DNA from: a virus
Reading direction: 5' to 3' (one strand)
IMG/VR virus record: IMGVR_UViG_3300008116_000018
Length of the DNA stretch: 64,000 nucleotides
Part shown: positions 1 through 9,498 of the stretch, piece after piece
Layout: each line of letters opens with the position of its first letter
Numbering within the stretch: the stretch's first letter is position 1
The notes under the pieces: generated by a model
Told to the model about the DNA's origin: nothing
Seen by the model: the letters and a program-made list of their open reading frames with translations, nothing else
Databases searched by the model: none
Program-made: the position numbers and the translations under genes

Positions 1-378
1 TGGCACATCTTCATCATCAACATGGGGTCCACCATGCTTTGTTGCTTGCAATTGTTTCAGCATAGGCAAGACAATCATTGCGAGTGTGTGATCCATTGAC
101 CATGTATCGTATTTGTCAATCTTGATATATGACTTACGATTGCGCTTAGACTCTATCCATTGGCATAGTTTCAACAGCCAAGTTTCTGGAGCATTCTTTG
201 ATTCTACAATTTCTTCTTTTGTAGTTCCGTGAGAAAGCCAAGTACCAAAGTTATGCACCCAATCAGGCTTACGTTTGAATCCATATTCATCCTCGACAGG
301 CTTTGCCCAAAAGCAAAGTGCTTCGGCAATCTGATATGGTCCAACCCAATTCTTATAAGGTCCGATATAAACTTTCAT
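1..378 (-). CDS. Hypothetical phage protein, runs off the window's left edge
   Basis: Not in the ORF track. Read by hand from ATG at 378: MKVYIGPYKNWVGPYQIAE...KIDKYDTWSMDHTLA..., open to position 1; start overlaps the stop of the upstream ORF. Confidence 0.75.
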   Translation of the reverse strand, partial: MKVYIGPYKNWVGPYQIAEALCFWAKPVEDEYGFKRKPDWVHNFGTWLSHGTTKEEIVESKNAPETWLLKLCQWIESKRNRKSYIKIDKYDTWSMDHTLAMIVLPMLKQLQATKHGGPHVDDEDVP

Positions 379-683
379 TTCAATTTCTTCCTAATGTGTG
401 GACATGGATTAGGTCTAGTGCGAATTTCTGCATTCAAAAAGGGATCATCATCTATTAACACACCAAACTCTTTTTCTATATAGTATTTACCCATCGCCTT
501 GATACATTGATCCATCAAACTATTAGAACCAGAAGAATCATCTTCTGCCCAAAAACAGATCGGAGACCTACCCCATGTACGATATCTTAAAACATCGTGG
601 AAAATTTTTCTATGGTTTTTATTACTAGGGTCAAACGTTTCGAACACTCTGCCGAATTGCTGAATCTTGCTCATTACTTTCAC
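375..683 (-). CDS. Hypothetical protein
   Basis: 102-aa ORF in the tightly packed minus-strand run. Confidence 0.65.
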   Translation of the reverse strand: MKVMSKIQQFGRVFETFDPSNKNHRKIFHDVLRYRTWGRSPICFWAEDDSSGSNSLMDQCIKAMGKYYIEKEFGVLIDDDPFLNAEIRTRPNPCPHIRKKLK

Positions 684-810
684 TTTCTATCATAATTAAA
701 AGACGCTTTGATTCTTTACGAACCTCAGCAGTTACTGACCAACCAAAACCCTCAGGATGCAGTAACTCTTGCAAAAAATGCACAACTTCATTTTCAGTTT
801 GCGTTTTCAT
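631..810 (-). CDS. Small hypothetical protein (59 aa)
   Basis: Read by hand: MKTQTENEVVHFLQELLHPEGFGWSVTAEVRKESKRLL...; fills the gap between neighbours and has GAAGGTGA upstream. Confidence 0.55.
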   Translation of the reverse strand: MKTQTENEVVHFLQELLHPEGFGWSVTAEVRKESKRLLIMIESESNEQDSAIRQSVRNV

Positions 811-1027
811 TCGTCACCTTCACAAATGGACTATTGACGGCAAAATCTTCAGGCAATCTCTCCACAATCTTTGTGAAGTGATATGGGTCTGGATAGTGTC
901 GTAGAACACCCAATGCACGTTGACGAATATACTTAGGCACCTTAGGTGTTACTTTTGGATTCAACAAATCCAAAAGCATTTGATGCCCGCAACGCAACGC
1001 ACGATATCTTTCGTCAGGTAGCGTCAT
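794..1027 (-). CDS. Hypothetical protein
   Basis: 77-aa ORF with GAGG Shine-Dalgarno. Confidence 0.7.
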   Translation of the reverse strand: MTLPDERYRALRCGHQMLLDLLNPKVTPKVPKYIRQRALGVLRHYPDPYHFTKIVERLPEDFAVNSPFVKVTNENAN

Positions 1028-1032
1028 TATAG

Positions 1033-1527
1033 TTACCTCGAAGAATCGTCAGAGTAGTCATCTTTTTGAATATGCTCTGCCATTGTCGTGAAGAAATTTT
1101 TAACTTTCATTTCTTCAGTCCACGCTTTGCAGTAGGCATTGTCCTTATCACATAACGCAAGTGCTTCTTCTTTTGTAATGACACGATGTGAGGTGATAGT
1201 TTCACCCAAGTGTTCTTGTGAGAATTCTTTAGCCTCACACAAAGTAACTGTATCAAGTGCCCAATCAGCTTTGTCTTTGCCGTATCTGTCAACGCCAACA
1301 GGCACTTCTACCATGTATCGTTCACGAAACATAGACACGGCTTCAACAAGAACCCATTGTGTTTCAGTCTTCTTCATAGTCCAACTACCATCCTTATTGT
1401 CAATCCAATCAATAGTGTCACCAGTCTTCCAACCAGTTTGCTCTAGTATATCATCATTCAGTGGAAGAATCAAGTCACCAGTCTCAGGGTCTTCTTCCAA
1501 GTTTATAGTCCAAGATTTGTTTGCCAT
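1033..1527 (-). CDS. Hypothetical protein with AbrB/MazE-like N-terminus
   Basis: N-terminus GDLILPLNDDILEQTGWKTGDTIDW resembles the swapped-hairpin AbrB pattern; AAGGAG SD and a sigma70 promoter upstream. Confidence 0.6.
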   Translation of the reverse strand: MANKSWTINLEEDPETGDLILPLNDDILEQTGWKTGDTIDWIDNKDGSWTMKKTETQWVLVEAVSMFRERYMVEVPVGVDRYGKDKADWALDTVTLCEAKEFSQEHLGETITSHRVITKEEALALCDKDNAYCKAWTEEMKVKNFFTTMAEHIQKDDYSDDSSR

Positions 1528-1551
1528 ACGTACTCCTTAAGCGATACATTT

Positions 1552-1580
1552 ATTATAACTCAAGTGTCATGAAAAGTCAA
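1552..1580 (-). promoter_or_regulatory. Sigma70-type promoter
   Basis: Minus strand TTGACT-N17-TATAAT just upstream of the 1033..1527 gene. Confidence 0.75.
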
Positions 1581-1870
1581 GCGGCAAGCATTCTTATCAA
1601 ACCTATGGAATCAATAGTTGTTAGCAGAATATAGTTAGCCAACATGCCAAAAGATTTCCTAGTCCAACTAGCCCAAGCATACATAGCACAGCCAAGGATC
1701 CAGATAGGGTAAAGAGTAAGAAGCGGAGGAGTGGGGACTGTGAGTGCCATAGTAATACTACAGCCAATGCTAATAGCCCAAGCAAGCAACTCAACAACAA
1801 AGCGAATTCTGTTAGACTTAAAATCATCTTTAATCCATTCTATAGTGGGGCGAAACAAATCAATAATCAT
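1577..1870 (-). CDS. Small membrane protein
   Basis: 97 aa with about three hydrophobic segments. Confidence 0.7.
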   Translation of the reverse strand: MIIDLFRPTIEWIKDDFKSNRIRFVVELLAWAISIGCSITMALTVPTPPLLTLYPIWILGCAMYAWASWTRKSFGMLANYILLTTIDSIGLIRMLAA

Positions 1871-1874
1871 AATC

Positions 1875-2693
1875 TCAATCTAAGTTAAATAAATCGGGGT
1901 GTGTCTTTGCGAAATACAACCTCAATAAGTTCCAGTGTTCGAATAACTCATGTGATTGTCTTTCGACAACCATACGTTTAATACCATACAGTGCGTTTAG
2001 CACTTTGCTAAAATCATTAATTTGATTTTGATAAACGTCATAGTCATATGGCTGACTATAGACTTTATATTCTTTCATCTGAAGAAACGTAGAGAACAAT
2101 CGTTCAACGATAAATGGAAACATATTCAGATTTGGGTCTCTGCTATAGTTTGCACTACCGTGATAAATTTCTGCATCTTCTCCAGTCAATGATTCGAGTT
2201 TTTCTTTGATATCTTTTACGAATGCAATGTACTCTAACCAAAATGCTTTTGTCGCAACAAAGTAACTACAATAGCAAGCTGAATCTGTCATTACACTATC
2301 AAGCACATTCGTATCATATCCGCCAGCAGTAAATGCGGAACGAACAACTTGTTTAATTCCTGGATGGAAATAATCTCCTTGTTCCCACACGTTCGCAGTT
2401 AATGCATTCTGTACTCTAGCATGATTGAAAATGTAAACATCAAATCCTTCACTCTCATCAATAGCATTTTTAATTACGTTAGCTTCATAACGCATCTTGC
2501 TTTGCCAGCGAGGACCAAAGACACCCCAAGCATCTAAGTCATCTGCAAAGCCTTCATCAATGATACGATTGAATGAATGAAACTCACGCAACTCGGGCTT
2601 CTCATTTGACGTATTATCAAATGGTGTCAGTAGAGGATCGACTAAAGGAATCTGTCTGTTTTCGAAACAAATCTGAAAAATCTTATAGTTCAA
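1875..2693 (-). CDS. Hypothetical protein, possibly glycosyltransferase-like
   Basis: 272-aa ORF; KIFQI start and FIVERLFS motif resemble phage GT-associated families; coupled to the upstream gene. Confidence 0.5.
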   Translation of the reverse strand: MNYKIFQICFENRQIPLVDPLLTPFDNTSNEKPELREFHSFNRIIDEGFADDLDAWGVFGPRWQSKMRYEANVIKNAIDESEGFDVYIFNHARVQNALTANVWEQGDYFHPGIKQVVRSAFTAGGYDTNVLDSVMTDSACYCSYFVATKAFWLEYIAFVKDIKEKLESLTGEDAEIYHGSANYSRDPNLNMFPFIVERLFSTFLQMKEYKVYSQPYDYDVYQNQINDFSKVLNALYGIKRMVVERQSHELFEHWNLLRLYFAKTHPDLFNLD

Positions 2694-3400
2694 TCTGATA
2701 CCCTCACTCCATTTGGTGCGATATTTCCTTCTACACCAACTTTACCAATATTCTCAATTAACGCAGGATCAAGGTGATGAAACAATAAATGTTCAATGTC
2801 AATGTATCCCTTTGCGTTCAATCTATCTGTCATGTGATTAAACATGTCAGTATAAATGTCTCGAACGTATGGAAGTAAGAATGCATCGAAACTCCACAAG
2901 CGACTCATGTATTGCAATGAAACACCGCCTGTAATATTTGAATTGAATTGGCTTGTGAAAGGACCACGAATGACAACCATGTCTTTAGCTTGCATGTGTT
3001 TGTCATAGTTGAAGTCATCATTCAACGTATAACGTCCACTCATCTTAAAGATACGCTTATACTTTTCACGCCAACCATCTTCAACTGCTTTATCAAAGAA
3101 CGAACCGAATACGATAATCTCAATCATATTCTTTACGATATCGTGATTTGGCACTTGCTGAAGTTGTTGAACATTCTCTGCGTCAGCAAAACTATAAAAT
3201 CTTTTAATGTGTGGTGATAAGATATCACGTTCTTTTTCTGTGATATCTTGATATCCACCATCTAGTATAATGATTTCTGCATCACACTTGTTTCTGATAG
3301 ACTTGCAAGTTTCAATAGTTTGTTCAAGTCTTGTTTGAGTATCATACACACCATGCTTTGCATGAATCGCAGACGATACTAAGAATACACCATCACTCAT
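2690..3400 (-). CDS. Hypothetical protein, possibly GT-A-fold-like
   Basis: 236 aa; FLVSSAI...RLEQTIETCKSIR...IIILDGG...FKMSGRY pattern. Confidence 0.5.
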   Translation of the reverse strand: MSDGVFLVSSAIHAKHGVYDTQTRLEQTIETCKSIRNKCDAEIIILDGGYQDITEKERDILSPHIKRFYSFADAENVQQLQQVPNHDIVKNMIEIIVFGSFFDKAVEDGWREKYKRIFKMSGRYTLNDDFNYDKHMQAKDMVVIRGPFTSQFNSNITGGVSLQYMSRLWSFDAFLLPYVRDIYTDMFNHMTDRLNAKGYIDIEHLLFHHLDPALIENIGKVGVEGNIAPNGVRVSD

Positions 3401-4055
3401 TTGTCTTCCTCACTTTTTTAGCAGGCACCTTTTTGGGGGCTGGTTTGGCTCTAGGTTTTTTAACTTTAGCCTCTGCCTCTTTCATTATATCTTCTCCACG
3501 TTTGTTCAGGCGTTTGAACACTTCTTCTGGTTCCATCCAGATATCTTTGTTCTCTAGCATTGATTTGATTTCAAGATCAGTTAAGAACCCGTCATAAATG
3601 CTACGCATGAATTTATCTGACCATTTGCGTTCATACATGATGTTGTCATACATCTCACCACCCTTACCAATTGTTCCACCCGAATAGTTGTGGAACATAA
3701 ACATAGAATGTTCTGAGATTTCAAATCCATCGCCAGACAAGAACACCATCGTAGCCGCAGACATACATGCGCCTTCTACTGATGTTAAAATGTTTGCTTG
3801 AGATTCGGACATGACACGCATCAACTGTACAGCAGTAAATAGATTACCACCAGAAGAATTGATGTGAATTTTGATAACATCATTCTCTGTTGCATTTCTA
3901 ATGATTTCGAACCACTCAACGTAATCGTCTGGAGATGTTATTTCTCCGACCAAATACAATGTGTATAGTTGTCCTAGTACTTTTGGTTGTCTAGGTTTCT
4001 TAGCGTCATCTAAGCCAAACAAAGAACTAATTTTTTCTTCTTCCATGATTATCAC
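3393..4055 (-). CDS. ClpP-like (S14) protease
   Basis: IHINSSGG, catalytic-Ser region CMSAAT and FMFHN His motif; Lys-rich tail. Confidence 0.85.
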   Translation of the reverse strand: MIIMEEEKISSLFGLDDAKKPRQPKVLGQLYTLYLVGEITSPDDYVEWFEIIRNATENDVIKIHINSSGGNLFTAVQLMRVMSESQANILTSVEGACMSAATMVFLSGDGFEISEHSMFMFHNYSGGTIGKGGEMYDNIMYERKWSDKFMRSIYDGFLTDLEIKSMLENKDIWMEPEEVFKRLNKRGEDIMKEAEAKVKKPRAKPAPKKVPAKKVRKTNE

Positions 4056-4072
4056 TTTCTATAGTAATATAG

Positions 4073-4101
4073 AGTATACTCTATTTTGTTTCGGATGTCA
4101 A
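4073..4101 (-). promoter_or_regulatory. Sigma70-type promoter
   Basis: TTGACA-N17-TATACT upstream of the ClpP-like gene. Confidence 0.7.
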
Positions 4102-4665
4102 ACTGTCAACTCCATATTTGCACAACCAATATGCATCAATCAAGTCGGAAGAAGGATTCCATTGCTTCTCAGTCATATGTAGTTCTTCTTTTAAACGAAT
4201 GTCATTGAATTCTTCAAAAACTTCTTGCATCCGTTCTTTATTTGCATTGCCCTTACCAGTGGCATATTTCTTAAGTACTGTTGGTGGTATCTCTGTGCAT
4301 TCAACACCAAACAACCACAATCTATATTTTAGAATGCCAGCGTTCTCTGCAATGTTGAATACTCTGCCTTTTGATCCCATAGAATATCCTTCTAGGAATA
4401 CGTGACATTGTTTGTCTGTCTCTAACAGTCTATCGATGAAGAAATTTGATATACCATCATATCTTAATACGTCAGTCATTCCTTCGTGGTCGAAAAACTT
4501 ACCTCTTATATTTTTAAATTGTACATCATATTTTCTAGATTGAGTTAGAAAATAAAAATTACAATCAGAAAAATTAAAGTGTCCAATCCTATCATTATCG
4601 TCTCCTGTATCAAATACACACATTGCAGGGCACGTTAGCGAATAATCTACTCCTGCTACGATCAT
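4081..4665 (-). CDS. RuvC-like Holliday junction resolvase
   Basis: GVDYSLTCPA, VFLEGYS, PTVLKKYATGKGNANK and DLIDA match RuvC acidic-residue motifs. Confidence 0.8.
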   Translation of the reverse strand: MIVAGVDYSLTCPAMCVFDTGDDNDRIGHFNFSDCNFYFLTQSRKYDVQFKNIRGKFFDHEGMTDVLRYDGISNFFIDRLLETDKQCHVFLEGYSMGSKGRVFNIAENAGILKYRLWLFGVECTEIPPTVLKKYATGKGNANKERMQEVFEEFNDIRLKEELHMTEKQWNPSSDLIDAYWLCKYGVDSLTSETK

Positions 4666-4871
4666 CTATCGTCTTCCGAGGACCATTCATCATCTTCTAT
4701 TAGTTTGTCCCACTCTTCATCTGTCCACTCTTCGTCTTTTTCCGAAATTGCATCATCGGTTATTGTTGAACCGCAATAGGCGCAATTTGTTGGGGGTGTG
4801 TCTGTTCCTACTAATGGTGTTACTGAATACTCAGCCGCACATGAATCGCAGAATACGTTATATGTTGTCAT
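4662..4871 (-). CDS. Small zinc-ribbon protein with acidic tail
   Basis: CDSC...CAYC pairs. Confidence 0.7.
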   Translation of the reverse strand: MTTYNVFCDSCAAEYSVTPLVGTDTPPTNCAYCGSTITDDAISEKDEEWTDEEWDKLIEDDEWSSEDDR

Positions 4872-4881
4872 TTTTTTCTCC

Positions 4882-5514
4882 TTATTCGTACATTACTGTA
4901 TCAGCATCACCAATCGCCCATTTTGGATTTTGCTCTACAATGTATTTTTTAGTACAGACTTTAAAGTCTGGGAATAGCATCTCTTTTGGATTGCTTGCGG
5001 CGTCAAGCCATATGCAACGGTTGTTTGGTTGTGCCGCATATTGTCCGTTGTCTAGTTCTAAGAAATTATATGATTTATGGTCTTCTGGATTTTCGCTATC
5101 GCCCATATCTAGATATTCATCTGATGCACAATTGTCAACAGTAAACATGTAGTTACCAGAATACCATTGTTTATCTTTAGCGTAAAACTTACCACTTAGA
5201 TTCATTAGAAATGATTTTTGTATTACAGTAAGGTCATACGACAAACAGTCCCATATCTGTAAATGGTCTAGAGGCAAAAATTTATCTCTATCTAAATTGT
5301 GATTTCTACTTACATATGCTTCTAAAGGAAGTTTATCGTACAATGCGCCATACTCAGGCAAATACGATTCAATAAAAAATGCCCTACGGCTCATCGATTT
5401 AATTGATACCCAAATACAAGGTACGTATTCACCAAAGCCTTTTTCAAAATTATAAAGAAATTCTTTTCTTACGTAACATCTAACTCTTGGTGTGTTTGCG
5501 ACTAAAAAACTCAT
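4882..5514 (-). CDS. Conserved phage hypothetical protein
   Basis: 210-aa ORF with GGAG SD; LQIWDC and QPNNR motifs. Confidence 0.7.
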   Translation of the reverse strand: MSFLVANTPRVRCYVRKEFLYNFEKGFGEYVPCIWVSIKSMSRRAFFIESYLPEYGALYDKLPLEAYVSRNHNLDRDKFLPLDHLQIWDCLSYDLTVIQKSFLMNLSGKFYAKDKQWYSGNYMFTVDNCASDEYLDMGDSENPEDHKSYNFLELDNGQYAAQPNNRCIWLDAASNPKEMLFPDFKVCTKKYIVEQNPKWAIGDADTVMYE

Positions 5515-5531
5515 TTAATATCTTCTCCAAT

Positions 5532-5681
5532 TTACCAATGCCTTATAACGCCTGCTACAATAAACAGGTTCGTTATTATATAGCAAAGCACAATACATGT
5601 TCTAATGATTGCAACTTTGTCGGACTCTCTGTCACATGCACTAGCCTTATCGCCCAATGATTTTGCCCACAATCTCCACAT
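5532..5681 (-). CDS. Small membrane protein (49 aa)
   Basis: Not in the ORF track. Read by hand: MWRLWAKSLGDKASACDRESDKVAIIRTCIVLCYIITNLFIVAGVIRHW; GAGGTG SD. Confidence 0.7.
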   Translation of the reverse strand: MWRLWAKSLGDKASACDRESDKVAIIRTCIVLCYIITNLFIVAGVIRHW

Positions 5682-5692
5682 GAACACCTCAA

Positions 5693-6163
5693 TTAATTAC
5701 ACCAAGAAGTTTTAGCCTCGCCGTAGTATTCACGGGCTAGACCATTTGCAATCAATGCTTGACGTAGACTCTTTCCATCTAAAATAACATCACCAAGAAC
5801 ACGACCACCATACTTGTCCCAGTCCATTAAAACGATTTGACGTTTCTGTGCGGAGATAACTGCTTGCTTTGTGAATTCAGTAGCCCTTTTACCCATCACA
5901 TCTTCTTTTGGGCATTGCGCTCTGTGTCCTTTTTCTGGTGTGTCAACACCAAAGACACGAATGCTTAATTCTTTTTTGAGTGGATCAGGAAGGAATGTCG
6001 CTTCAAACGCAACAGTATCCCCATCAATAACCCTAGTAATATTAGCGTCATAGGTAACTCCAGCCTTTTGTTTTCCTGTTTGTGCGTGTGCATTCAATGC
6101 AGAAAATGTAAATCCTGCAACAATCAATGCAAGAGCAAAAAATACATATGTTAATTGTTTCAT
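5693..6163 (-). CDS. Staphylococcal-nuclease-like (thermonuclease) protein with signal peptide
   Basis: RVIDGDT, IRVFGVDTPE and DKYGGRVLG SNase motifs; hydrophobic N-terminus ending in AHA. Confidence 0.88.
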   Translation of the reverse strand: MKQLTYVFFALALIVAGFTFSALNAHAQTGKQKAGVTYDANITRVIDGDTVAFEATFLPDPLKKELSIRVFGVDTPEKGHRAQCPKEDVMGKRATEFTKQAVISAQKRQIVLMDWDKYGGRVLGDVILDGKSLRQALIANGLAREYYGEAKTSWCN

Positions 6164-7155
6164 GCCGCTTTACCCCATACGTCTGCCCAATCACCTTTTG
6201 TAGCACCCTTTGCATAATCGGTTGCTCTGTTCTCAAAGAAATTTGTATGCGTTGGTGCATTAATCATTTCTTCAACCCAAGGTAATGGATTCTTCTTAAC
6301 TTTAAAAATGCCTTTTAGTCCAAGACTGATAAGGCGCCTGTCTGCAATGTAACGAATGTACTTCTTAACTTCTTCTGAAGTGAGTCCTTCCATTTCATTG
6401 ATGCCGAATGCTAAATCGATAAACTTGTCTTCGAGTTCAACCATTCGTTCTGCAATAGTATATATCTTAGATTTTAATTCGTCATTCCAAATCTCATTAT
6501 TTTCTTGAATGAATGTTCTGAATAATTTAATCATAGATTCGGCATGTTGTGTTTCATCAACAATCGACCAAGTAATAATCTGACCCATGCCTCTCATCTT
6601 ACCCATACGTGGAAAGTTCAATAGCATAATGAATGAAGAGAACAACTGCATCCCTTCAGTGAAAGCACTGAACACGGCGATGTGGGTTGCAGTTGATTGT
6701 AAATCCCCATTTGCATTTGAAATGTCTAGCACATAATCGTGCTTGTCTTTCATTTCTTGATATGCTAAGAATTCGTTATATGTTGTATCTGGCAGACCTA
6801 ATGTCTCAATCAAGTGTGAGTATGCGGCAACGTGCAATGCTTCTCTAGCGGCAAAGCCAAGCAACATCATTCTTACTTCTGGTTGCTTGAAGTATGGTAG
6901 ATAGTTTTTTACGTAGCCACCAGCAACGTCAATGTCACCTTGTGTGAAGAAACGAAAAATGTTTGTGAGAAAATGTTTCTCTTCTGCTGTTAATTTTTTC
7001 TTCCAATCTTTCACATCTTCAGCCATTGGTACTTCTGTGTGTAGCCAATGACTCTGTTCGTGCTTCAGCCAAGCATCATACGCCCACGGATAATTAAATG
7101 GCTTGAACGCATCTCTGCCATCCATTAAATTACTTTTTACTTTTGTTGCACTCAT
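6160..7155 (-). CDS. nrdB: Ribonucleotide reductase class I beta subunit
   Basis: Di-iron motifs EALH, FTEG and DETQH; C-terminal NFFENRATDY. Confidence 0.95.
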   Translation of the reverse strand: MSATKVKSNLMDGRDAFKPFNYPWAYDAWLKHEQSHWLHTEVPMAEDVKDWKKKLTAEEKHFLTNIFRFFTQGDIDVAGGYVKNYLPYFKQPEVRMMLLGFAAREALHVAAYSHLIETLGLPDTTYNEFLAYQEMKDKHDYVLDISNANGDLQSTATHIAVFSAFTEGMQLFSSFIMLLNFPRMGKMRGMGQIITWSIVDETQHAESMIKLFRTFIQENNEIWNDELKSKIYTIAERMVELEDKFIDLAFGINEMEGLTSEEVKKYIRYIADRRLISLGLKGIFKVKKNPLPWVEEMINAPTHTNFFENRATDYAKGATKGDWADVWGKAA

Positions 7156-7162
7156 TTTTTTA

Positions 7163-7471
7163 TTATTCTCCGAATTGTATTCTTCTGTTTGGGTAATTGT
7201 TTATAAAATATTTAAACATACTTTCAACGTTAGGCTGTTGTGTGATGAATGCATTCGTGTCTTTTTCGTAGACAAAAATTTGTCCTTCAACGATTTCACT
7301 CTTGCAAAACATAACTTCTCTTACCATATTTTTATATTTAACTTGTTCCGCTTCAGCAAGAACTTTATCAATTTCATTTTCTCTTACTTGAAATCGTTTT
7401 TTCAAATCTCTGAATAAGAAATAAATTGACAATACAACTAAAAATATTACGTCTGAGGTTGAGAATTCCAT
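7163..7471 (-). CDS. Hypothetical protein with N-terminal TM helix
   Basis: 102-aa ORF packed between the thioredoxin gene and nrdB. Confidence 0.65.
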   Translation of the reverse strand: MEFSTSDVIFLVVLSIYFLFRDLKKRFQVRENEIDKVLAEAEQVKYKNMVREVMFCKSEIVEGQIFVYEKDTNAFITQQPNVESMFKYFINNYPNRRIQFGE

Positions 7472-7714
7472 TTAAGCTCCTAACCAAGTTTCTATTTCAT
7501 TTTTCATTTTCATGCCAGAGAATCGTTTAACTTCAATGTCACCATCTATCATCACTAAAGTTGGGACACCACGAATGCCATAGTCCATTGCGATTTGTTG
7601 ATTCTCATCAATGTCAATAACTTCAATTGGAATTTGAGTATCAACGTCTTCTAATGTCTTTGCTAACATCTTACATGGCTGACACCATGATGCTGTAAAT
7701 CTAAGTACTTTCAT
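7472..7714 (-). CDS. Thioredoxin
   Basis: WCQPC active site and GVPT cis-Pro motif. Confidence 0.92.
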   Translation of the reverse strand: MKVLRFTASWCQPCKMLAKTLEDVDTQIPIEVIDIDENQQIAMDYGIRGVPTLVMIDGDIEVKRFSGMKMKNEIETWLGA

Positions 7715-7716
7715 TT

Positions 7717-9498
7717 TTATCCTTCACATGCGAGACATGCATCACCATCGATGAGTGCTTTCATGTCGAGTTCTTTAATTACTTCACGCTCAATGCGTTT
7801 TGATACCTTGTCTGCTTTACCAATCTTCTCTGAACGACAGTAGTACAATGTTTTGAGGCCTTGCTTCCATGCTTGAAAGTGTACTGCATGTAGATACATG
7901 ATGTTCACATCAGGTCGGAAGAATAGATTCAATGACTGTGCTTGATCGATATACTCTTGTCTATCTGCGGCATGATTAACTAACCAACGTTGGTCAATCT
8001 CCATAGAAGTCTTGAATACGTCTTTAGTCCAATCATCTAGAATATCTAAGTGCTGTACACTACCATCATTTGCAATAATGCTAGACCAGACTGTCTGATA
8101 TTCATCATCTGATTTTACTACACTTTTGATGATCCTGTCAAGCCACTTGTTTTTGGCTAATGATGAGCCCGATAAAGTGTCCTGACGATAAGCGTTAGCA
8201 CGATAAGGTTCGATACTAGGGCTAGTATTTCCCATGATGATAGACGAAGAAGCATTTGGAGCAACAGCCATAAGATGGCTAAAACGTTGACCAGTGCCAA
8301 CAGCATCAAGAGCCTCACCTCGCTCTTTACCCAATTTAAGATTCGCAACATTTAATCCATCCCTGATGTGTTTAAAGATTTGTTTGTTTCTTCCGACTGC
8401 GAGTGCTGACTCGAACGGTACGTTATTTCGTTGTAGATAAGCGTGAAAGCCCAAAGCACCGACACCAATACTGCGCTCACGTATGGCAGAATACCTTGCA
8501 CGTTCAACGGCGGCAGGAGCATTATCAATAAAATACTGAAGAACATTGTCGAGCATTTCAGCAATATCAGCAAGGAATAAAGGATCATTCTTCCATTCAT
8601 CAAAGTACTCCAAATTAACTGAAGACAAACAACATACTGCTGTTCTATCTTTGTCTGTAGGTAAAATAATTTCAGAACACAAGTTCGATTGCTTGATGCT
8701 GAGTCCCAACTTCTTCTGAAATTCTGGCATAGCACGATTGCTTGCGTCAATGAAATGTAGATATGGTTCACCAGTCTGCATACGAATATCAAGCACACGT
8801 TGCCACAAGTCTTTAGCAGAAACTACTTCACGCACTTCATTGTTGTGTGGGTCTCTTAATTCCCAAGAGTCATCTGCATCTTTGTCTTGCATACATCGTT
8901 CAACGATTTGCATGAATGAATCTGGAATGTTGATGCCGTGATGCAAGTTCAATGTGCGTAGATTGGGATCACCTGTCGGCTTTCTCATCTCAAGAAATAA
9001 GAGAATATCAGGATGAGAAATATCAAGATAAGTAGCGTAGGAACCACGGCGAGTCCTACCTTGTCTGTAAGCGAGAGATGATGCGTCATACGTGCGAAGG
9101 TGGGGCATGACTCCAACCGATTTATCATCCGAACTGCGAATGCCGACACCGATGCCGACACCACCACCCAACATCGAAAGCCAATTGACTTCAGCGAGAC
9201 AGTTAACAAGACCTTCTGCACTATCGTGTAGATATGGAAGAAAACATGAAATAGGGAGCCCACGACTACTGCGACCAAAAGAAAGAATGGGAGTAGAATA
9301 AGACAACCAATGCCTACTGCTGTATTCATATAATCGCTGTGCATGTTCTGGATTGCTACCAAACGCTTCTGAAACATGAGCAAACCTTTCTTGTGGAGAA
9401 TTTTCATCCTCCTTCATATAACTTTCTTTCAATCTTTTAATACCTAACTCATCGAATAGCGAATCTCTACTATAGTCGATTACAATATCAGTTGTCAT
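7717..9498 (-). CDS. nrdA: Ribonucleotide reductase class I alpha subunit (short, no ATP cone)
   Basis: ISCF, SNLCSEI, APNASSS, KTLYY and C-terminal CLACEG. Confidence 0.95.
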   Translation of the reverse strand: MTTDIVIDYSRDSLFDELGIKRLKESYMKEDENSPQERFAHVSEAFGSNPEHAQRLYEYSSRHWLSYSTPILSFGRSSRGLPISCFLPYLHDSAEGLVNCLAEVNWLSMLGGGVGIGVGIRSSDDKSVGVMPHLRTYDASSLAYRQGRTRRGSYATYLDISHPDILLFLEMRKPTGDPNLRTLNLHHGINIPDSFMQIVERCMQDKDADDSWELRDPHNNEVREVVSAKDLWQRVLDIRMQTGEPYLHFIDASNRAMPEFQKKLGLSIKQSNLCSEIILPTDKDRTAVCCLSSVNLEYFDEWKNDPLFLADIAEMLDNVLQYFIDNAPAAVERARYSAIRERSIGVGALGFHAYLQRNNVPFESALAVGRNKQIFKHIRDGLNVANLKLGKERGEALDAVGTGQRFSHLMAVAPNASSSIIMGNTSPSIEPYRANAYRQDTLSGSSLAKNKWLDRIIKSVVKSDDEYQTVWSSIIANDGSVQHLDILDDWTKDVFKTSMEIDQRWLVNHAADRQEYIDQAQSLNLFFRPDVNIMYLHAVHFQAWKQGLKTLYYCRSEKIGKADKVSKRIEREVIKELDMKALIDGDACLACEG

